A DNA stretch of 64,000 nucleotides. It comes from Oscillospiraceae bacterium. GTDB taxonomy: Bacteria; Bacillota; Clostridia; Oscillospirales; Ruminococcaceae. The translations under genes were made by a program, and so were the position numbers. Shown here piece after piece: positions 1 to 11,332 of the stretch. The number at the start of each line of letters is the position of its first letter. The stretch's first letter is position 1. Location: NCBI GenBank assembly GCA_017848125.1, contig JAGAJY010000013.1, positions 1,555 through 65,554 on the forward strand, in the 5' to 3' direction. Under the pieces are notes generated by a model that worked only from the letters and a program-made list of their open reading frames with translations, did no database searches and was not told the origin of the DNA.

Positions 1-1790
1 TCGATTCCGATTTTGCCTGCGGCGTCAGCAATTCCGTTCATCTTTTCACTGCCGATGTCCGCAGGTGTAAAGCCGCATATGCTCATAAGCTCAGACGCCG
101 CCTTGTAGCTTTCGGGGTGCACAGAAGTGTTGTCCAGAGGATTTTTGCCCATAGGAACTCGTAAAAAGCCTGCGCACTGCTCAAACGCCTTTGCGCCCAG
201 CTTCGGCACCTTCATAAGCTGCTTTCTGTCGGTAAATACTCCGTTTTCCTCACGGTATGCAACAATATTCTTTGCAACACCCGAATTTATTCCCGAAATA
301 TATGTAAGCAATGACTGTGAAGCTGTGTTAAGGTCAACACCAACAGAGTTAACACAGTCCTCTACAACACCGCCCAATGCCTCGTCAAGGCGTGCCTTGG
401 GCATATCGTGCTGATACTGTCCCACACCGATGGATTTCGGGTCTATCTTTACAAGCTCCGCAAGGGGGTCTTGCAGTCTTCTTGCAATGGAAACCGCACT
501 TCTGAGAGAAACATCATAATCGGGAAATTCCTCTGCCGCGAGCTTTGAAGCGGAGTAAACCGATGCGCCTGCCTCGGAAACCACCATATAAGAGGTTTTT
601 CTGTTAATGTCCTTGATTATTTCGGAAACTATCTGCTCGGATTCACGGGAAGCTGTACCGTTTCCGATGGCAATAACCGTAACATTATACTTGTCAAGAA
701 GCTGTCTGATACGCTGTTTACCTTCTTCCACCTTTCGCTTTTCATTGGTGGTGATGTATGCAACGCCTGTGTCAAGCACCTTGCCCGTACCGTCAACTAC
801 AGCAAGCTTGCAGCCTGTTCTGAATCCGGGGTCAACACCCAGGGTAATGCAGTCCTTTACGGGAGGCTGCATCAGCAGCTGACGGAGATTTGATGAAAAG
901 ACCTTTATGGCTGATTCACTTGCCTTTTCGGTAAGCTCGGAACGTATCTCACGTTCAACAGAGGGGTAAATAAGGCGTTTCCAGCTGTCTGTGCAGGCGT
1001 TTTCCACAAGCTCAGCACATTTACTGCCGTTCTTTTTGTATGCGCCCAGAAGAATCTTTTCAGCGTCACCCTCGGGAAGTGTTACCGATACTTTGAGCTT
1101 TTCTTCACGCTCACCTCGGTCAATGGCAAGGGTTCTGTGTCCCGCAACCTTGCTGACAGGCTCGGAAAACTCATAGTAATTTCTGTAAGTTCCTTCGGGG
1201 TCTTTTTCCTCGCTGCCTGATACGTTCACAGAGCCTCTTGCATTGAACTGACGTCTGAAACGCTTTCTCAGCTCAGCATCGTCAGAAACAAGCTCGGCTA
1301 TAATATCGCAGGCACCTGCAATTGCCTCGTCAGCGGATTCAACGCCCTTTTCGGTGTCAATATACTTTTCTGCCTCTGTGTACGGGTCAGCAGAAGGTGA
1401 CTGTTCAAGTATAAACTCAGCAAGAGGTTCAAGACCCTTTTCCTTGGCGATGGAAGCCCTTGTGCGGCGCTTCTGCTTAAAGGGACGGTAAATATCCTCC
1501 AGCTCAACAAGAACAGTTGCCGCCGCAATTGCCGCTTCAAGCTCGGGAGTCATTTTGCCCTGTTCGGTTATTGAGTTTGATATTTCCGTTTTTCTCTTTT
1601 CCAGATTTCTCAGATAGTTGAGCCTTTCGGAAATAAGTCTGATGGTCTGGTCGTCAAGAGTGCCGTGGTGCTCCTTGCGGTATCGTGCAATAAACGGCAC
1701 AGTACAGCCGCTGTCAAGGAAGCCTATAATATTGTCTATATACTCCTGTCTGACATTAAATTCATTATGGAGCTGAATGTTGATTTCCAT
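1..1790 (-). CDS. tex: Tex-family transcription accessory protein, N-terminal ~596 codons (3' end lies beyond the left window edge)
   Basis: Absent from the ORF track because no stop lies in the window. My reverse translation from the ATG at 1788-1790 gives MEINIQLHNEFNVRQEYIDNIIGFLDSGCTVPFIARYRKE... The frame is still open at position 1 (...KLGAKAFEQCAGFLRVPMGKNPLDNTSVHPESY...). Both stretches match the conserved Tex N-terminus and helix-hairpin-helix region. Confidence 0.85.
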   Translation of the reverse strand, partial: MEINIQLHNEFNVRQEYIDNIIGFLDSGCTVPFIARYRKEHHGTLDDQTIRLISERLNYLRNLEKRKTEISNSITEQGKMTPELEAAIAAATVLVELEDIYRPFKQKRRTRASIAKEKGLEPLAEFILEQSPSADPYTEAEKYIDTEKGVESADEAIAGACDIIAELVSDDAELRKRFRRQFNARGSVNVSGSEEKDPEGTYRNYYEFSEPVSKVAGHRTLAIDRGEREEKLKVSVTLPEGDAEKILLGAYKKNGSKCAELVENACTDSWKRLIYPSVEREIRSELTEKASESAIKVFSSNLRQLLMQPPVKDCITLGVDPGFRTGCKLAVVDGTGKVLDTGVAYITTNEKRKVEEGKQRIRQLLDKYNVTVIAIGNGTASRESEQIVSEIIKDINRKTSYMVVSEAGASVYSASKLAAEEFPDYDVSLRSAVSIARRLQDPLAELVKIDPKSIGVGQYQHDMPKARLDEALGGVVEDCVNSVGVDLNTASQSLLTYISGINSGVAKNIVAYREENGVFTDRKQLMKVPKLGAKAFEQCAGFLRVPMGKNPLDNTSVHPESYKAASELMSICGFTPADIGSEKMNGIADAAGKIGI

Positions 1791-2705
1791 TTATATTATT
1801 CCTTTCAGGTCAAAATCGGGGGTGTATTCCTCCTTGGCAGAGGAACGCTCCTGCATATATCCCTTGAAGCCAAGCTCTGCAGCCAGAGCAGAAACCTTGT
1901 CATATTCATAGGTGGATATGCGGCGGTTTATTTCTTTATATTCGGAGCTTCTGTAGAATGGTGTGTACTGGCTCATAAGGCTCAGCAGAAAGCTTTCATT
2001 GCCGTAAAGCTCATATATTTTCCGCAGTACCGCTTCGGAATCACGTCGGTGTGAAGGCAGGGTCAGATGTCTGATAATAACACCGCTCTGCATTATTCCA
2101 TTTTCGTCAATACAAGGCTTTCCTGCGATCTCGATCATCTTTTTGATTGCCTTTGAAGCATACTCAAAATAATCGGGAGCAGATGAATATTTTTCCGAAA
2201 GCTCCGAGCTGAAATATTTCAGGTCGGGCATAAAAATATCGGCATAGCCTTTGAGCAGTTCAATAGTCTCAGTTTTTTCATATCCTCCGCTGTTGTAAAC
2301 AACAGGTATCCTCAGCCTGTCCCTGCACAGGTCAAGAGCTGAGATTATCTGAGGAACATAATGAGCGGCGCTTACAAGATTTATATTGTGAGCGCCATTG
2401 TTCTGAAGCCCGATAAAAATTTCGGAAAGTCTTTCTATAGTGATTTCCTCACCAAAATTCTCAGCAGATATCCTGTAATTCTGGCAGAAGCAGCATTTCA
2501 GACTGCACCCTGAGAAAAACACAGTGCCCGAACCTCTTGTTCCCGAAATGCATGGCTCTTCCCACATATGCAGATATGCTTTTGCGGCACGGGGGAGAAG
2601 CCCTCCGCCGCAGAAGCCTGTGCCGGCAGTTCTGTCAGCACCGCATTCACGGGGGCAGAGCTTACAGCTTTTCAGCAGTTCATTCATATTTATGAGCAAT
2701 AACAT
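1791..2705 (-). CDS. Radical SAM protein, PflX-like (pyruvate formate-lyase activase-related, substrate unknown)
   Basis: 304-aa ORF with CSLKCCFCQN (a CX3CX2C radical-SAM motif) and an extra N-terminal cysteine motif CKLCPRECG. The stop at 1791-1793 abuts the tex start codon. The true start may be the Met at 2687. The ORF overlaps the cysK stop. Confidence 0.75.
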   Translation of the reverse strand: MLLLINMNELLKSCKLCPRECGADRTAGTGFCGGGLLPRAAKAYLHMWEEPCISGTRGSGTVFFSGCSLKCCFCQNYRISAENFGEEITIERLSEIFIGLQNNGAHNINLVSAAHYVPQIISALDLCRDRLRIPVVYNSGGYEKTETIELLKGYADIFMPDLKYFSSELSEKYSSAPDYFEYASKAIKKMIEIAGKPCIDENGIMQSGVIIRHLTLPSHRRDSEAVLRKIYELYGNESFLLSLMSQYTPFYRSSEYKEINRRISTYEYDKVSALAAELGFKGYMQERSSAKEEYTPDFDLKGII

Positions 2706-3687
2706 CTGTCAGAATAATGTCGTGGGACAGATGCTCGGGTTTGAGGGTGTGCTCGTCTGAATAGTCGGTGGAAAGGTATTTCTTGTTATCGTCAGCAAAT
2801 ACGGTAACGACTGTGCTGTCCGTTCCAAGCTTTTCCTTTGCAATGATACAGCCCAGCAGATTTGCGCCTGAGGAAATGCCCACGCCGATACCGAATCTGC
2901 GTGAAAGGGTCTGAGCCATAATTATTGAATCAATATCATCAACTGAAACAACCGAATGAGCCTCGTCAAGCTTAAGTATTGAGGGAATAAACTCATCCGA
3001 GATTCCCTGAATACGGTGTTTTCCTACCTTGTAGCCTGTTGAAAGGGTGGGGGAATTGAGCGGTTCGAGAGGGAAGATAGCGCAGTCGGGATTATCCTGC
3101 TTAAGCCGTCTGCCGATACCCATAACCGTGCCGCCCGTACCAACTCCTGCCACAATGCCGTCGGCTTTCAGCCCCAGAGCCGCAAGCTGACGGGAGATCT
3201 CCTCGCCTGTATAAAGCATATGCGCTTCTGTGTTATCCTCATTTGAGAACTGACAAGGAAGGAATACATTTCCCTGTGCCGCAAGCTCCTCCGTAAGAGC
3301 TATTGAACCTAAAAAGCCGCCCTGTTCTCTTGATACCAGCCTTACCTCCGCACCGAAGCTTTTCATAAGATTAATTCGTTCTGCGCTCATCCAGTCAGGC
3401 ATATAAATAATGACCTTATGTCCGAGATAGCTTCCGATAGCGGAAAAGGCAATGCCTGTATTTCCGCTTGTAGCCTCGCAGATAACATCTGTAGGGGAGA
3501 TAGCGTCATTTTCATAAGCCTTTTTCAGAATGTGAAAAGCAACTCTGTCCTTTATGCTTCCCGTCATATTGAGATATTCTGCTTTTGCAAATATCCTGTC
3601 GGGAACGCCTTTATAGGTGTAACGTATTTCAAGGAGGGGAGTTTTTCCGATAAGCCCCTCTATTCTGTTGAATTTGTCTGTTTTCAT
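2680..3687 (-). CDS. cysK: Cysteine synthase / O-acetylserine sulfhydrylase (PLP-dependent)
   Basis: 335-aa ORF with the PLP-lysine context GSIKDR plus ATSGNTGIA and GVGTGGT loops typical of the CysK/CysM family. Confidence 0.85.
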   Translation of the reverse strand: MKTDKFNRIEGLIGKTPLLEIRYTYKGVPDRIFAKAEYLNMTGSIKDRVAFHILKKAYENDAISPTDVICEATSGNTGIAFSAIGSYLGHKVIIYMPDWMSAERINLMKSFGAEVRLVSREQGGFLGSIALTEELAAQGNVFLPCQFSNEDNTEAHMLYTGEEISRQLAALGLKADGIVAGVGTGGTVMGIGRRLKQDNPDCAIFPLEPLNSPTLSTGYKVGKHRIQGISDEFIPSILKLDEAHSVVSVDDIDSIIMAQTLSRRFGIGVGISSGANLLGCIIAKEKLGTDSTVVTVFADDNKKYLSTDYSDEHTLKPEHLSHDIILTDVIAHKYE

Positions 3688-3714
3688 TTTTTCGGATTCT
3701 CCTTGAAGCGGTTA

Positions 3715-5001
3715 TCACACTTTGTCAAAAGCCTGCTTTATATCCGCAATAATGTCGTCGATATTTTCAAGACCCACAGAGAAACGGATAAGTCCTCCGT
3801 CGATTCCTGCGGCAATAAGCTGTTCGTCCGAAAGCTGACGGTGAGTAGCGGAAGCGGGGTGGAGAACGCAGGTGCGTATATCAGCAACATGCACCTCGTT
3901 TGAAGCAAGCTCAAGAGAATCCATAAATCTAACGGCAGCGTCACGTCCGCCCTTGATAGAGAAGGAGATAACTCCGCTTGTGCCCAGAGGCAGATATTTC
4001 TCGGCAAGCTTGTGATACTTGTCTGATTCAAGTCCGGGATAGTAAACTGCTTCTACCTTATCAGAGGAAGCGATAAACTCAGCCGCTTTCAGGGCGTTGG
4101 AGCAGTAAACGGGCATACGGACTGCAAGGGTTTCAAGACCGAGATTCAGCAGGAATGAAGAATGAGCCGCAGGATAGCAGCCGAAATCTCTCATAAGCTG
4201 CATTCTTGCCTTGGTGAGGTAAGGTGCGGCAGGGTACTGCTTTGTGTAAACTGTGCCGTGATAGCTCTCATCAGGCTCGGAAAGGCAGGGGAATTTGCCG
4301 TTGTCCCAGTTGAATTTTCCGCTGTCAACAATAACACCGCCTACCTGAACAGCATGACCGTCCATATACTTTGATGTGGAATGGATAACAATATCTGCGC
4401 CCCATTCGATAGGTCTGCAAAGATAAGGTGTTGCAAAGGTGTTGTCAACAATAAGGGGAACATTGTGCCTGTGAGCCGCTTCTGCCCACATCTCAATGTC
4501 GAACACGGTAAGAGCGGGGTTTGCGATGGTTTCGCCGAAAACAGCCTTTGTGTTGGGTTTGAAAGCGGCGTCAAGCTCCTCGGGTGTTGCGTTAACATCT
4601 ACCCATATGCACTCGATACCCATTTTTTTCAGAGTGAAGCCGAAAAGATTCACTGTTCCGCCGTAGATGGAGGAAGATGCGATAAAGCTGTCGCCTGCCT
4701 CGCAGATGTTGAGGATCGAAAGCAGAGAAGCCGCCTGACCGCTTGATGTACACATTGCCGCAGCACCGCCTTCGAGAGCGGCTATCTTCTTTTCAACACA
4801 GTCTGTTGTGGGGTTTTCAAAGCGTGAATAAATAAGGCTGAGAGTGGGATCGTCAAAAACGTCCGCAACGGAATTTGTGGAATCATATACATATGTGGTG
4901 CTCTGCACTATGGGCATTACACGAGGCTCGCCGTTTTTGGGAGTGTAGCCCGAATGCAGGCATTTGGTTTCAATTTTTGCTGTGCTTTTGATTTCTTTCA
5001 A
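3715..5001 (-). CDS. metY: O-acetylhomoserine (thiol)-lyase / O-acetylhomoserine sulfhydrylase, Cys/Met-metabolism PLP enzyme
   Basis: 428-aa ORF with HSTSKYMDGH (PLP-Lys motif) and an ETKCLHSGY N-terminal region. The TTG start at 4999-5001 lies 8 nt after a GGAGG. Confidence 0.8.
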   Translation of the reverse strand: MKEIKSTAKIETKCLHSGYTPKNGEPRVMPIVQSTTYVYDSTNSVADVFDDPTLSLIYSRFENPTTDCVEKKIAALEGGAAAMCTSSGQAASLLSILNICEAGDSFIASSSIYGGTVNLFGFTLKKMGIECIWVDVNATPEELDAAFKPNTKAVFGETIANPALTVFDIEMWAEAAHRHNVPLIVDNTFATPYLCRPIEWGADIVIHSTSKYMDGHAVQVGGVIVDSGKFNWDNGKFPCLSEPDESYHGTVYTKQYPAAPYLTKARMQLMRDFGCYPAAHSSFLLNLGLETLAVRMPVYCSNALKAAEFIASSDKVEAVYYPGLESDKYHKLAEKYLPLGTSGVISFSIKGGRDAAVRFMDSLELASNEVHVADIRTCVLHPASATHRQLSDEQLIAAGIDGGLIRFSVGLENIDDIIADIKQAFDKV

Positions 5002-5052
5002 GGTAAAGACCTCCGTTCAAGAATAAAGTGCCGTTAAATGGCTTTTCTACTT

Positions 5053-5081
5053 ATTATAGCATATTATTTTCTGCAAGTCAA
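5053..5081 (-). promoter_or_regulatory. Sigma-A type promoter for metY-cysK (TTGACT-17-TATAAT on the minus strand)
   Basis: The reverse complement reads TTGACT (5076-5081), a 17-nt spacer, then TATAAT (5053-5058). It sits about 50 nt upstream of the metY start. Confidence 0.6.
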
Positions 5082-5125
5082 ATTTTTTTATGATGAAATT
5101 TGTATATTCACAGCCGATTATTATG

Positions 5126-5154
5126 TTGACGGATTTTGAAAAAAATGGTATAAT
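5126..5154 (+). promoter_or_regulatory. Sigma-A type promoter for the GH5 cellulase gene (TTGACG-17-TATAAT)
   Basis: TTGACG at 5126-5131, a 17-nt spacer, and TATAAT at 5149-5154. It is divergent from the metY promoter. Confidence 0.6.
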
Positions 5155-5206
5155 AACTGTAATTGTAAATGAGCGATATTTTTTATATCAGAAAGGCGGA
5201 AAGTAT

Positions 5207-7270
5207 ATGAAAAGATGCAGAATTGCGGCATTTGTCACAGCATTTCTTATGTGTCTCAGCGGTGTGGGCTGTTCATCGGGAACTGCGGAAAATTCCGACA
5301 GAGCGGTAACCACATCGGAATCGGCTGAACAGACAGTTACTGAGGAATCCGATATTCCCGACGAAACAGACAGTTTTTTCGGTGATGATTACGACCCCTT
5401 TGCAGAGGATTATGACCCCTACGGCGGTGGCGGTGCTGTTACCGTTACGGGAGATTCGGCTCAGACCGTAACGGCAGCTGAGTCGGAGAAAGAAGAAAAG
5501 GAGACAGAAGCTGACTCGGAAAAATCTGACGACAAACAGGAAACTGCCGCTCAGACAACAGCACAGACCTCTGCAAAAACGGAAGAAAAGCAAGCCGAGA
5601 AAAAGCCCTCTGCTGAGGAGAAAGCTCCCGAAAAGGAGGCGCCTTCCGAAGATGTCGAGCTAATCATTTCCATGCCTAACGGCTGGAATGACGGTACATA
5701 CGATTTTTCACAGCTTGACGGGGCGGTGAAAAATAAGTCCGACGCTCCCGTTGAGGGCTGGACGGCAACGATATATGTGGGAAGCGGCGCTTCCGTTGAG
5801 CAGTCGTGGAACTGCGAAATAAGCCTTGACAACGGCAAAATGACAGTTAATCCCGTTGAGCATAACAAATCTATCTCTGCGGGCGGGGAGGGCACATTCG
5901 GTATGATACTTAAAAATCCGGGAGATATTGATCCTGCAAAGGCAGCTGTAGTCTGCTCAATGGGCGCTTTTTCAGGTTCGGGAAATTCAGGCGGCTCGGG
6001 TAATTCGGGCAATTCCTCGGGGGGCAATCCTCCGTCCGCTCCCGTTCAGGCAAAGGACGTTCCCGCTCCCACTACAGATGACTGGCTTTCGGTAAAGGGC
6101 AATAAAATTGTTGATTCAAATGGCAAAGAGGTGTGGCTCACAGGAGTTAACTGGTTCGGCTACAATACAGGCACCAATACCTTTGACGGACTCTGGAGCT
6201 GTGACCTTAATTCTTCGCTGAAATCCATTGCCGACCACGGCTTCAATCTTCTCCGTGTGCCCATTTCCGCAGAGCTTATAAACAGTTGGGCTGACGGAAA
6301 CTATCCCACTGCAAACTTCAATCAGGCAACAAACTCCTATCTTGTAGGTATGAACAGCCTTGAAATATTCGATTATGCTGTAGGTCAGTGCAGAGCCAAC
6401 GGGATCAAGATAATGATAGATATTCACAGCGCAAAGACTGACGCTATGGGACATATGAAAAATATGTGGTATGAGGGCAATGTGACGGAAAAGGATTATC
6501 TTGCAGCTCTCGGCTGGATGGCAGAGCGCTACAAGAATGATGATACCATTATTGCATATGACCTTAAAAACGAGCCTCACGGCAAGGCAAATGAGAATCC
6601 CAGAGCAAAGTGGGATAACAGCAAGGACAGCGACAACTGGAAATATATTGCGGAAAAGGCGGCAAATGCAGTCCTCAGCAAGAATCCCAATGTGCTTGTA
6701 ATGGTTGAGGGAATCGAGATCTATCCCAAGGATACCGATAAAAACGGAGATTTCTCATCAACCAATGCAGGAGATTATCATTCCACATGGTGGGGCGGAA
6801 ATCTCAGAGGTGTAAAGGATAATCCTGTTGATCTGGGCAAATATCAGAACAAGCTTGTATATTCTCCTCACGATTACGGTCCTGCGGTTTATCAGCAGGA
6901 GTGGTTCAAGGGGGATTACACCTATGAATCCCTTTATGATGAGGCATGGTATGATAACTGGTATTACATTCAGGACAAGAATATAGCACCTTTGCTTATA
7001 GGTGAATGGGGCGGCTTTATGACACAGCCCAATCTCAAATGGATGACCTACCTCAGACAGCTTATCAAGGAAAAACGAATCAACCACACCTTCTGGTGCT
7101 TCAATGCCAATTCGGGAGATACGGGCGGTCTTGTAAAGGACGATTTCACCACATGGGACAATGAAAAGTATAATTTTGTCAAGGAAGTTCTCTGGCAGGA
7201 GGACGGCAAATTCGTAGGGCTTGACCACGAAATACCTTTAGGCTCAAACGGAAAGGCTTTGGGCAAATAA
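5207..7270 (+). CDS. Glycoside hydrolase family 5 endoglucanase (cellulase) lipoprotein with a CBM2-like module
   Basis: I start the gene at the internal Met ([24 protein letters not shown], a signal peptide with lipobox) preceded by AAAGGCGGA. A long acidic/Lys-rich low-complexity linker follows. Next is a CBM2-like beta-sandwich pattern ([11 protein letters not shown]...[16 protein letters not shown]...GTFGMIL). [18 protein letters not shown] linker leads to the GH5 core with DLKNEPHG (acid/base Glu) and IGEWGG (nucleophile Glu). Confidence 0.85.
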   Translation: MKRCRIAAFVTAFLMCLSGVGCSSGTAENSDRAVTTSESAEQTVTEESDIPDETDSFFGDDYDPFAEDYDPYGGGGAVTVTGDSAQTVTAAESEKEEKETEADSEKSDDKQETAAQTTAQTSAKTEEKQAEKKPSAEEKAPEKEAPSEDVELIISMPNGWNDGTYDFSQLDGAVKNKSDAPVEGWTATIYVGSGASVEQSWNCEISLDNGKMTVNPVEHNKSISAGGEGTFGMILKNPGDIDPAKAAVVCSMGAFSGSGNSGGSGNSGNSSGGNPPSAPVQAKDVPAPTTDDWLSVKGNKIVDSNGKEVWLTGVNWFGYNTGTNTFDGLWSCDLNSSLKSIADHGFNLLRVPISAELINSWADGNYPTANFNQATNSYLVGMNSLEIFDYAVGQCRANGIKIMIDIHSAKTDAMGHMKNMWYEGNVTEKDYLAALGWMAERYKNDDTIIAYDLKNEPHGKANENPRAKWDNSKDSDNWKYIAEKAANAVLSKNPNVLVMVEGIEIYPKDTDKNGDFSSTNAGDYHSTWWGGNLRGVKDNPVDLGKYQNKLVYSPHDYGPAVYQQEWFKGDYTYESLYDEAWYDNWYYIQDKNIAPLLIGEWGGFMTQPNLKWMTYLRQLIKEKRINHTFWCFNANSGDTGGLVKDDFTTWDNEKYNFVKEVLWQEDGKFVGLDHEIPLGSNGKALGK

Positions 7271-7273
7271 ATC

Positions 7274-8020
7274 ATGGGAGCAGATATGGGTAAATTTGAT
7301 AAATTTGAACAGCTGGGAGAAAGCTGTAAAATATGCGTGACGGAGGAGCATACCTTCGGAACGGACGCATTTCTCCTTGCGGATTTTGCAAATGCACGCC
7401 ATAAGGACATTGTGTGCGATCTGGGAACAGGCTGCGGAATAATAGCGGTCCTTGAAAAAATCAGATATGAACCGAAAAAGGTTTACGGCATTGACATTCA
7501 GAAGCAGGCGATAGAGCAGTTTGAGATAACTGTCAGAGAATCGGCTCTTTCCCAGGTCTATCCATTGCATATGGACTTGAAGGAGCTGACTAAGGAAGCG
7601 CCTATTGACAGCTGTGACCTTGTGACCTGCAATCCGCCGTACAAGGCTTACAAGGCAGGCATAGAAAGCGAGCTTGACGCACATAAAATTGCCCGTCATG
7701 AGGTGTTGTGCAATATTTACGATGTGTGTGCGGCGGCGAAAAGGCTTCTGAAATTCGGGGGGAGGCTGTGCCTTTGCAATCGTCCCGAAAGGCTTGCGGA
7801 CGTTATTTCAGCAATGAAGGCAAACGGCATTGAGCCGAAGCTTTTAAGGTTTGTTTCAAAGGATAAGGACAGCGCACCATGGCTTTTTCTTATAGAGGGC
7901 AGAAAGGGCGGCGGCTCATTCTTAAAGGTAATGCCTCAGCTTTATATTGGCACAGGCGGAGGAATAAGCCCCGAGCTGTCAAGAATATACGGTAATTACA
8001 GTGAAGAAAACGGAGGTTAA
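7274..8020 (+). CDS. SAM-dependent methyltransferase, tRNA (adenine-N6)-methyltransferase-like (YabB/TrmN6 type)
   Basis: Contains DLGTGCGIIA (SAM-binding motif I) and VTCNPPYK (an NPPY N6-adenine/amino-methyltransferase motif). It sits upstream of rsmI, as yabB does in Bacillus. An alternative start at 7286 has the better RBS. Confidence 0.7.
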   Translation: MGADMGKFDKFEQLGESCKICVTEEHTFGTDAFLLADFANARHKDIVCDLGTGCGIIAVLEKIRYEPKKVYGIDIQKQAIEQFEITVRESALSQVYPLHMDLKELTKEAPIDSCDLVTCNPPYKAYKAGIESELDAHKIARHEVLCNIYDVCAAAKRLLKFGGRLCLCNRPERLADVISAMKANGIEPKLLRFVSKDKDSAPWLFLIEGRKGGGSFLKVMPQLYIGTGGGISPELSRIYGNYSEENGG

Positions 8021-8023
8021 GCT

Positions 8024-8848
8024 GTGTCGGGAAAGCTTTATGTTGTGGGAACTCCCATAGGAAATCTGGAGGACATTACATACAGAGCGGTGCGTATCCT
8101 TTCAGAGGTGGATTTTATTTGTGCCGAGGATACAAGGGTTACCGTCAAACTGCTCAATCATTTTGATATAAAAAAGCCCTTGCTCAGCTATCACGAGCAT
8201 TCAGCGTCACACGTTTCGGAGAATATTATCGGCAGACTGCAAAGCGGTGAAAGCTGTGCGGTGGTGACCGATGCAGGAATGCCCTGTATTTCTGACCCGG
8301 GAGAGGATCTTGTAAGGCAGTGCAGAGATCTGGGGATAGAAGTGGAATCCGTCCCCGGACCTACAGCAATGGCAACAGCCGCCGCTGTATGCGGAATACA
8401 CGCTTCACGTTTTGCATTCGAGGGATTCTTATCTGTTACAAAAAAACAGCGCTTTTCCCATCTGAAAGCGGTTGCTTCGGATACCCATACTCTTATATTT
8501 TACGAAGCTCCCCACAAGCTGAGAGCAACTCTGGAGGATATGCTGGAATATTTCGGTGACAGGCGTATAGCTATATGCCGTGAGCTTACAAAGCTTCACG
8601 AGGAGGTTATCCGAATGACCCTTTCCGAGGCGGTGAAGTATTACGAAACCAATTCGCCCAGAGGGGAATATGTTCTTGTGGTAGAGGGTGCAGGCGAAGG
8701 AACGGATGAAAAGGAATATACTCTTGACGAAGCTGTTGAAATAGCACAAGGTCTTATTGATAAGGGCGTAAAGCCCACGGAAGCCTGCAAGGAGGCTGCG
8801 GCTCTCACCGGGCTCAGGAAAAACGACATTTATTCCGCAATGATGTAA
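8024..8848 (+). CDS. rsmI: 16S rRNA (cytidine1402-2'-O)-methyltransferase
   Basis: 274-aa ORF with a GTG start. The N-terminus LYVVGTPIGNLEDITYRAVRILSEVDFICAEDTR is the hallmark of the tetrapyrrole-methylase-fold RsmI. Confidence 0.85.
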   Translation: MSGKLYVVGTPIGNLEDITYRAVRILSEVDFICAEDTRVTVKLLNHFDIKKPLLSYHEHSASHVSENIIGRLQSGESCAVVTDAGMPCISDPGEDLVRQCRDLGIEVESVPGPTAMATAAAVCGIHASRFAFEGFLSVTKKQRFSHLKAVASDTHTLIFYEAPHKLRATLEDMLEYFGDRRIAICRELTKLHEEVIRMTLSEAVKYYETNSPRGEYVLVVEGAGEGTDEKEYTLDEAVEIAQGLIDKGVKPTEACKEAAALTGLRKNDIYSAMM

Positions 8849-8934
8849 TTTTTTTCTTTGCACAATTCAATTAGAATATCAAAAAACGGGCTTTTTGGTT
8901 AAAATGCTCAAAAATTTTGAAAGATTTTCTTTGA

Positions 8935-10434
<1,500 letters not shown>

Positions 10435-10467
10435 TCTTGACTCCCGAATTTAATTCATAAAATATGA

Positions 10468-10509
10468 AAACCCTTTATGGCAGTTAAATGTCATAAAGGG
10501 TTTTATTTG
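10468..10509 (+). terminator. Rho-independent terminator after gdhA
   Basis: 12-bp stem AAACCCTTTATG / CATAAAGGGTTT followed by a T-rich tail. Confidence 0.75.
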
Positions 10510-10515
10510 TATTAT

Positions 10516-10544
10516 GCATTTTTTCCTGTCCGCTGTCATAGAAA
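10516..10544 (+). promoter_or_regulatory. Sigma-E-like sporulation promoter upstream of cwlD
   Basis: GCATTTT (6/7 to KMATATT), a 14-nt spacer, then CATAGAAA (6/8 to CATACAHT). cwlD is sigma-E/sigma-G dependent in B. subtilis. Confidence 0.4.
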
Positions 10545-10604
10545 TAAACAGGCAGAGTTTGTCCTCTGAATAATATTTTTCAATGTGAAAGGAATGGTTT
10601 AACT

Positions 10605-11330
10605 ATGGGATTCGATTTTTCAAGATACAGGACTGCTTTGTTTTCGGCTGTAGCAGTCCTTGCGTCTGCTGTTATGATTCATTATGCGGTAGGGGAGATA
10701 GACACGGCGGTTTATGTAAATACAGCAGATTCGGGTCAGACAGGGAGGATAATTGTGCTTGACAGCGGACACGGCGGTATGGACGGAGGCTGTTCCACAG
10801 CGGAGGGAGTTACCGAAAAGGGGATCAATCTCAATATAATGCTTGCTGTAAGGGATATGTGCAGGCTGTACGGCTATGACACGGCTGTTACCAGAGACAG
10901 GGATACTTCCATTCACGACAGCGGCGTTACGGGTATCCGCAATCAGAAGGTGTCTGATATGGAAAACAGGCTTGAACTGTTTAACAAATTTCCCGATGCG
11001 GTCTGCCTGTCTATCCATCAGAATACATACACCGACCCGAAATTCAAGGGGGCGCAGATGTTTTATTCTTCGGCAAATCCCGACAGCGAGCTGCTTGCTT
11101 GCGCACTTCAAAGCAAATTTGTGGAGAATCTTCAGCCTGATAATATGCGTGAAACAAAGCTTTGCGGAAAGGAGCTGTATCTGTGCCATTTCTGCAATAA
11201 CACAGCGGTTATGGCTGAATGCGGATTTCTTTCAAATCCCGAGGAGGCGGCTTTGCTTACAACTGAGAGCTATCAGCAGCAGGTAGCATTTACGCTGTTT
11301 TCAGGGCTTAATGAATTTATCTGCGGATAA
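10605..11330 (+). CDS. cwlD: Germination-specific N-acetylmuramoyl-L-alanine amidase (Amidase_3, CwlD type)
   Basis: 241-aa ORF with an N-terminal TM helix. Contains VLDSGHGGMDGG, SIHQN and ECGFLSNPEE motifs of zinc amidase_3. The size and architecture fit CwlD. Confidence 0.8.
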   Translation: MGFDFSRYRTALFSAVAVLASAVMIHYAVGEIDTAVYVNTADSGQTGRIIVLDSGHGGMDGGCSTAEGVTEKGINLNIMLAVRDMCRLYGYDTAVTRDRDTSIHDSGVTGIRNQKVSDMENRLELFNKFPDAVCLSIHQNTYTDPKFKGAQMFYSSANPDSELLACALQSKFVENLQPDNMRETKLCGKELYLCHFCNNTAVMAECGFLSNPEEAALLTTESYQQQVAFTLFSGLNEFICG

Positions 11331-11332
11331 AA

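Noticed and set aside
5002-5206. I looked for an S-box (SAM-I) riboswitch or a T-box leader upstream of metY-cysK.
   Set aside because: The spacer is A+T-rich. It is taken up by two divergent promoters and a leader of about 50 nt. I could find no conserved S-box/T-box helices or GC-rich junctions.
5090-5206. N-terminal extensions in the ORF track: 5090 for the cellulase, 8953 for gdhA, 24684 for der, 43947 for the YdcF gene, 31313 for spoIIIAF, 18247 for mtaB and 49247 for spoIIGA.
   Set aside because: In each case an internal start is preceded by a good Shine-Dalgarno sequence and matches the conserved family N-terminus. The extensions overlap promoters or upstream genes.
5273-7410. Minus-strand ORFs of 106-158 aa overlapping the GH5 cellulase gene (5273-5593, 5551-6027, 6116-6580, 6758-7228, 7048-7410).
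   Set aside because: They are antisense to a gene with clear GH5 catalytic motifs. Their translations are repetitive or hydrophobic noise, and no translation signals are present.
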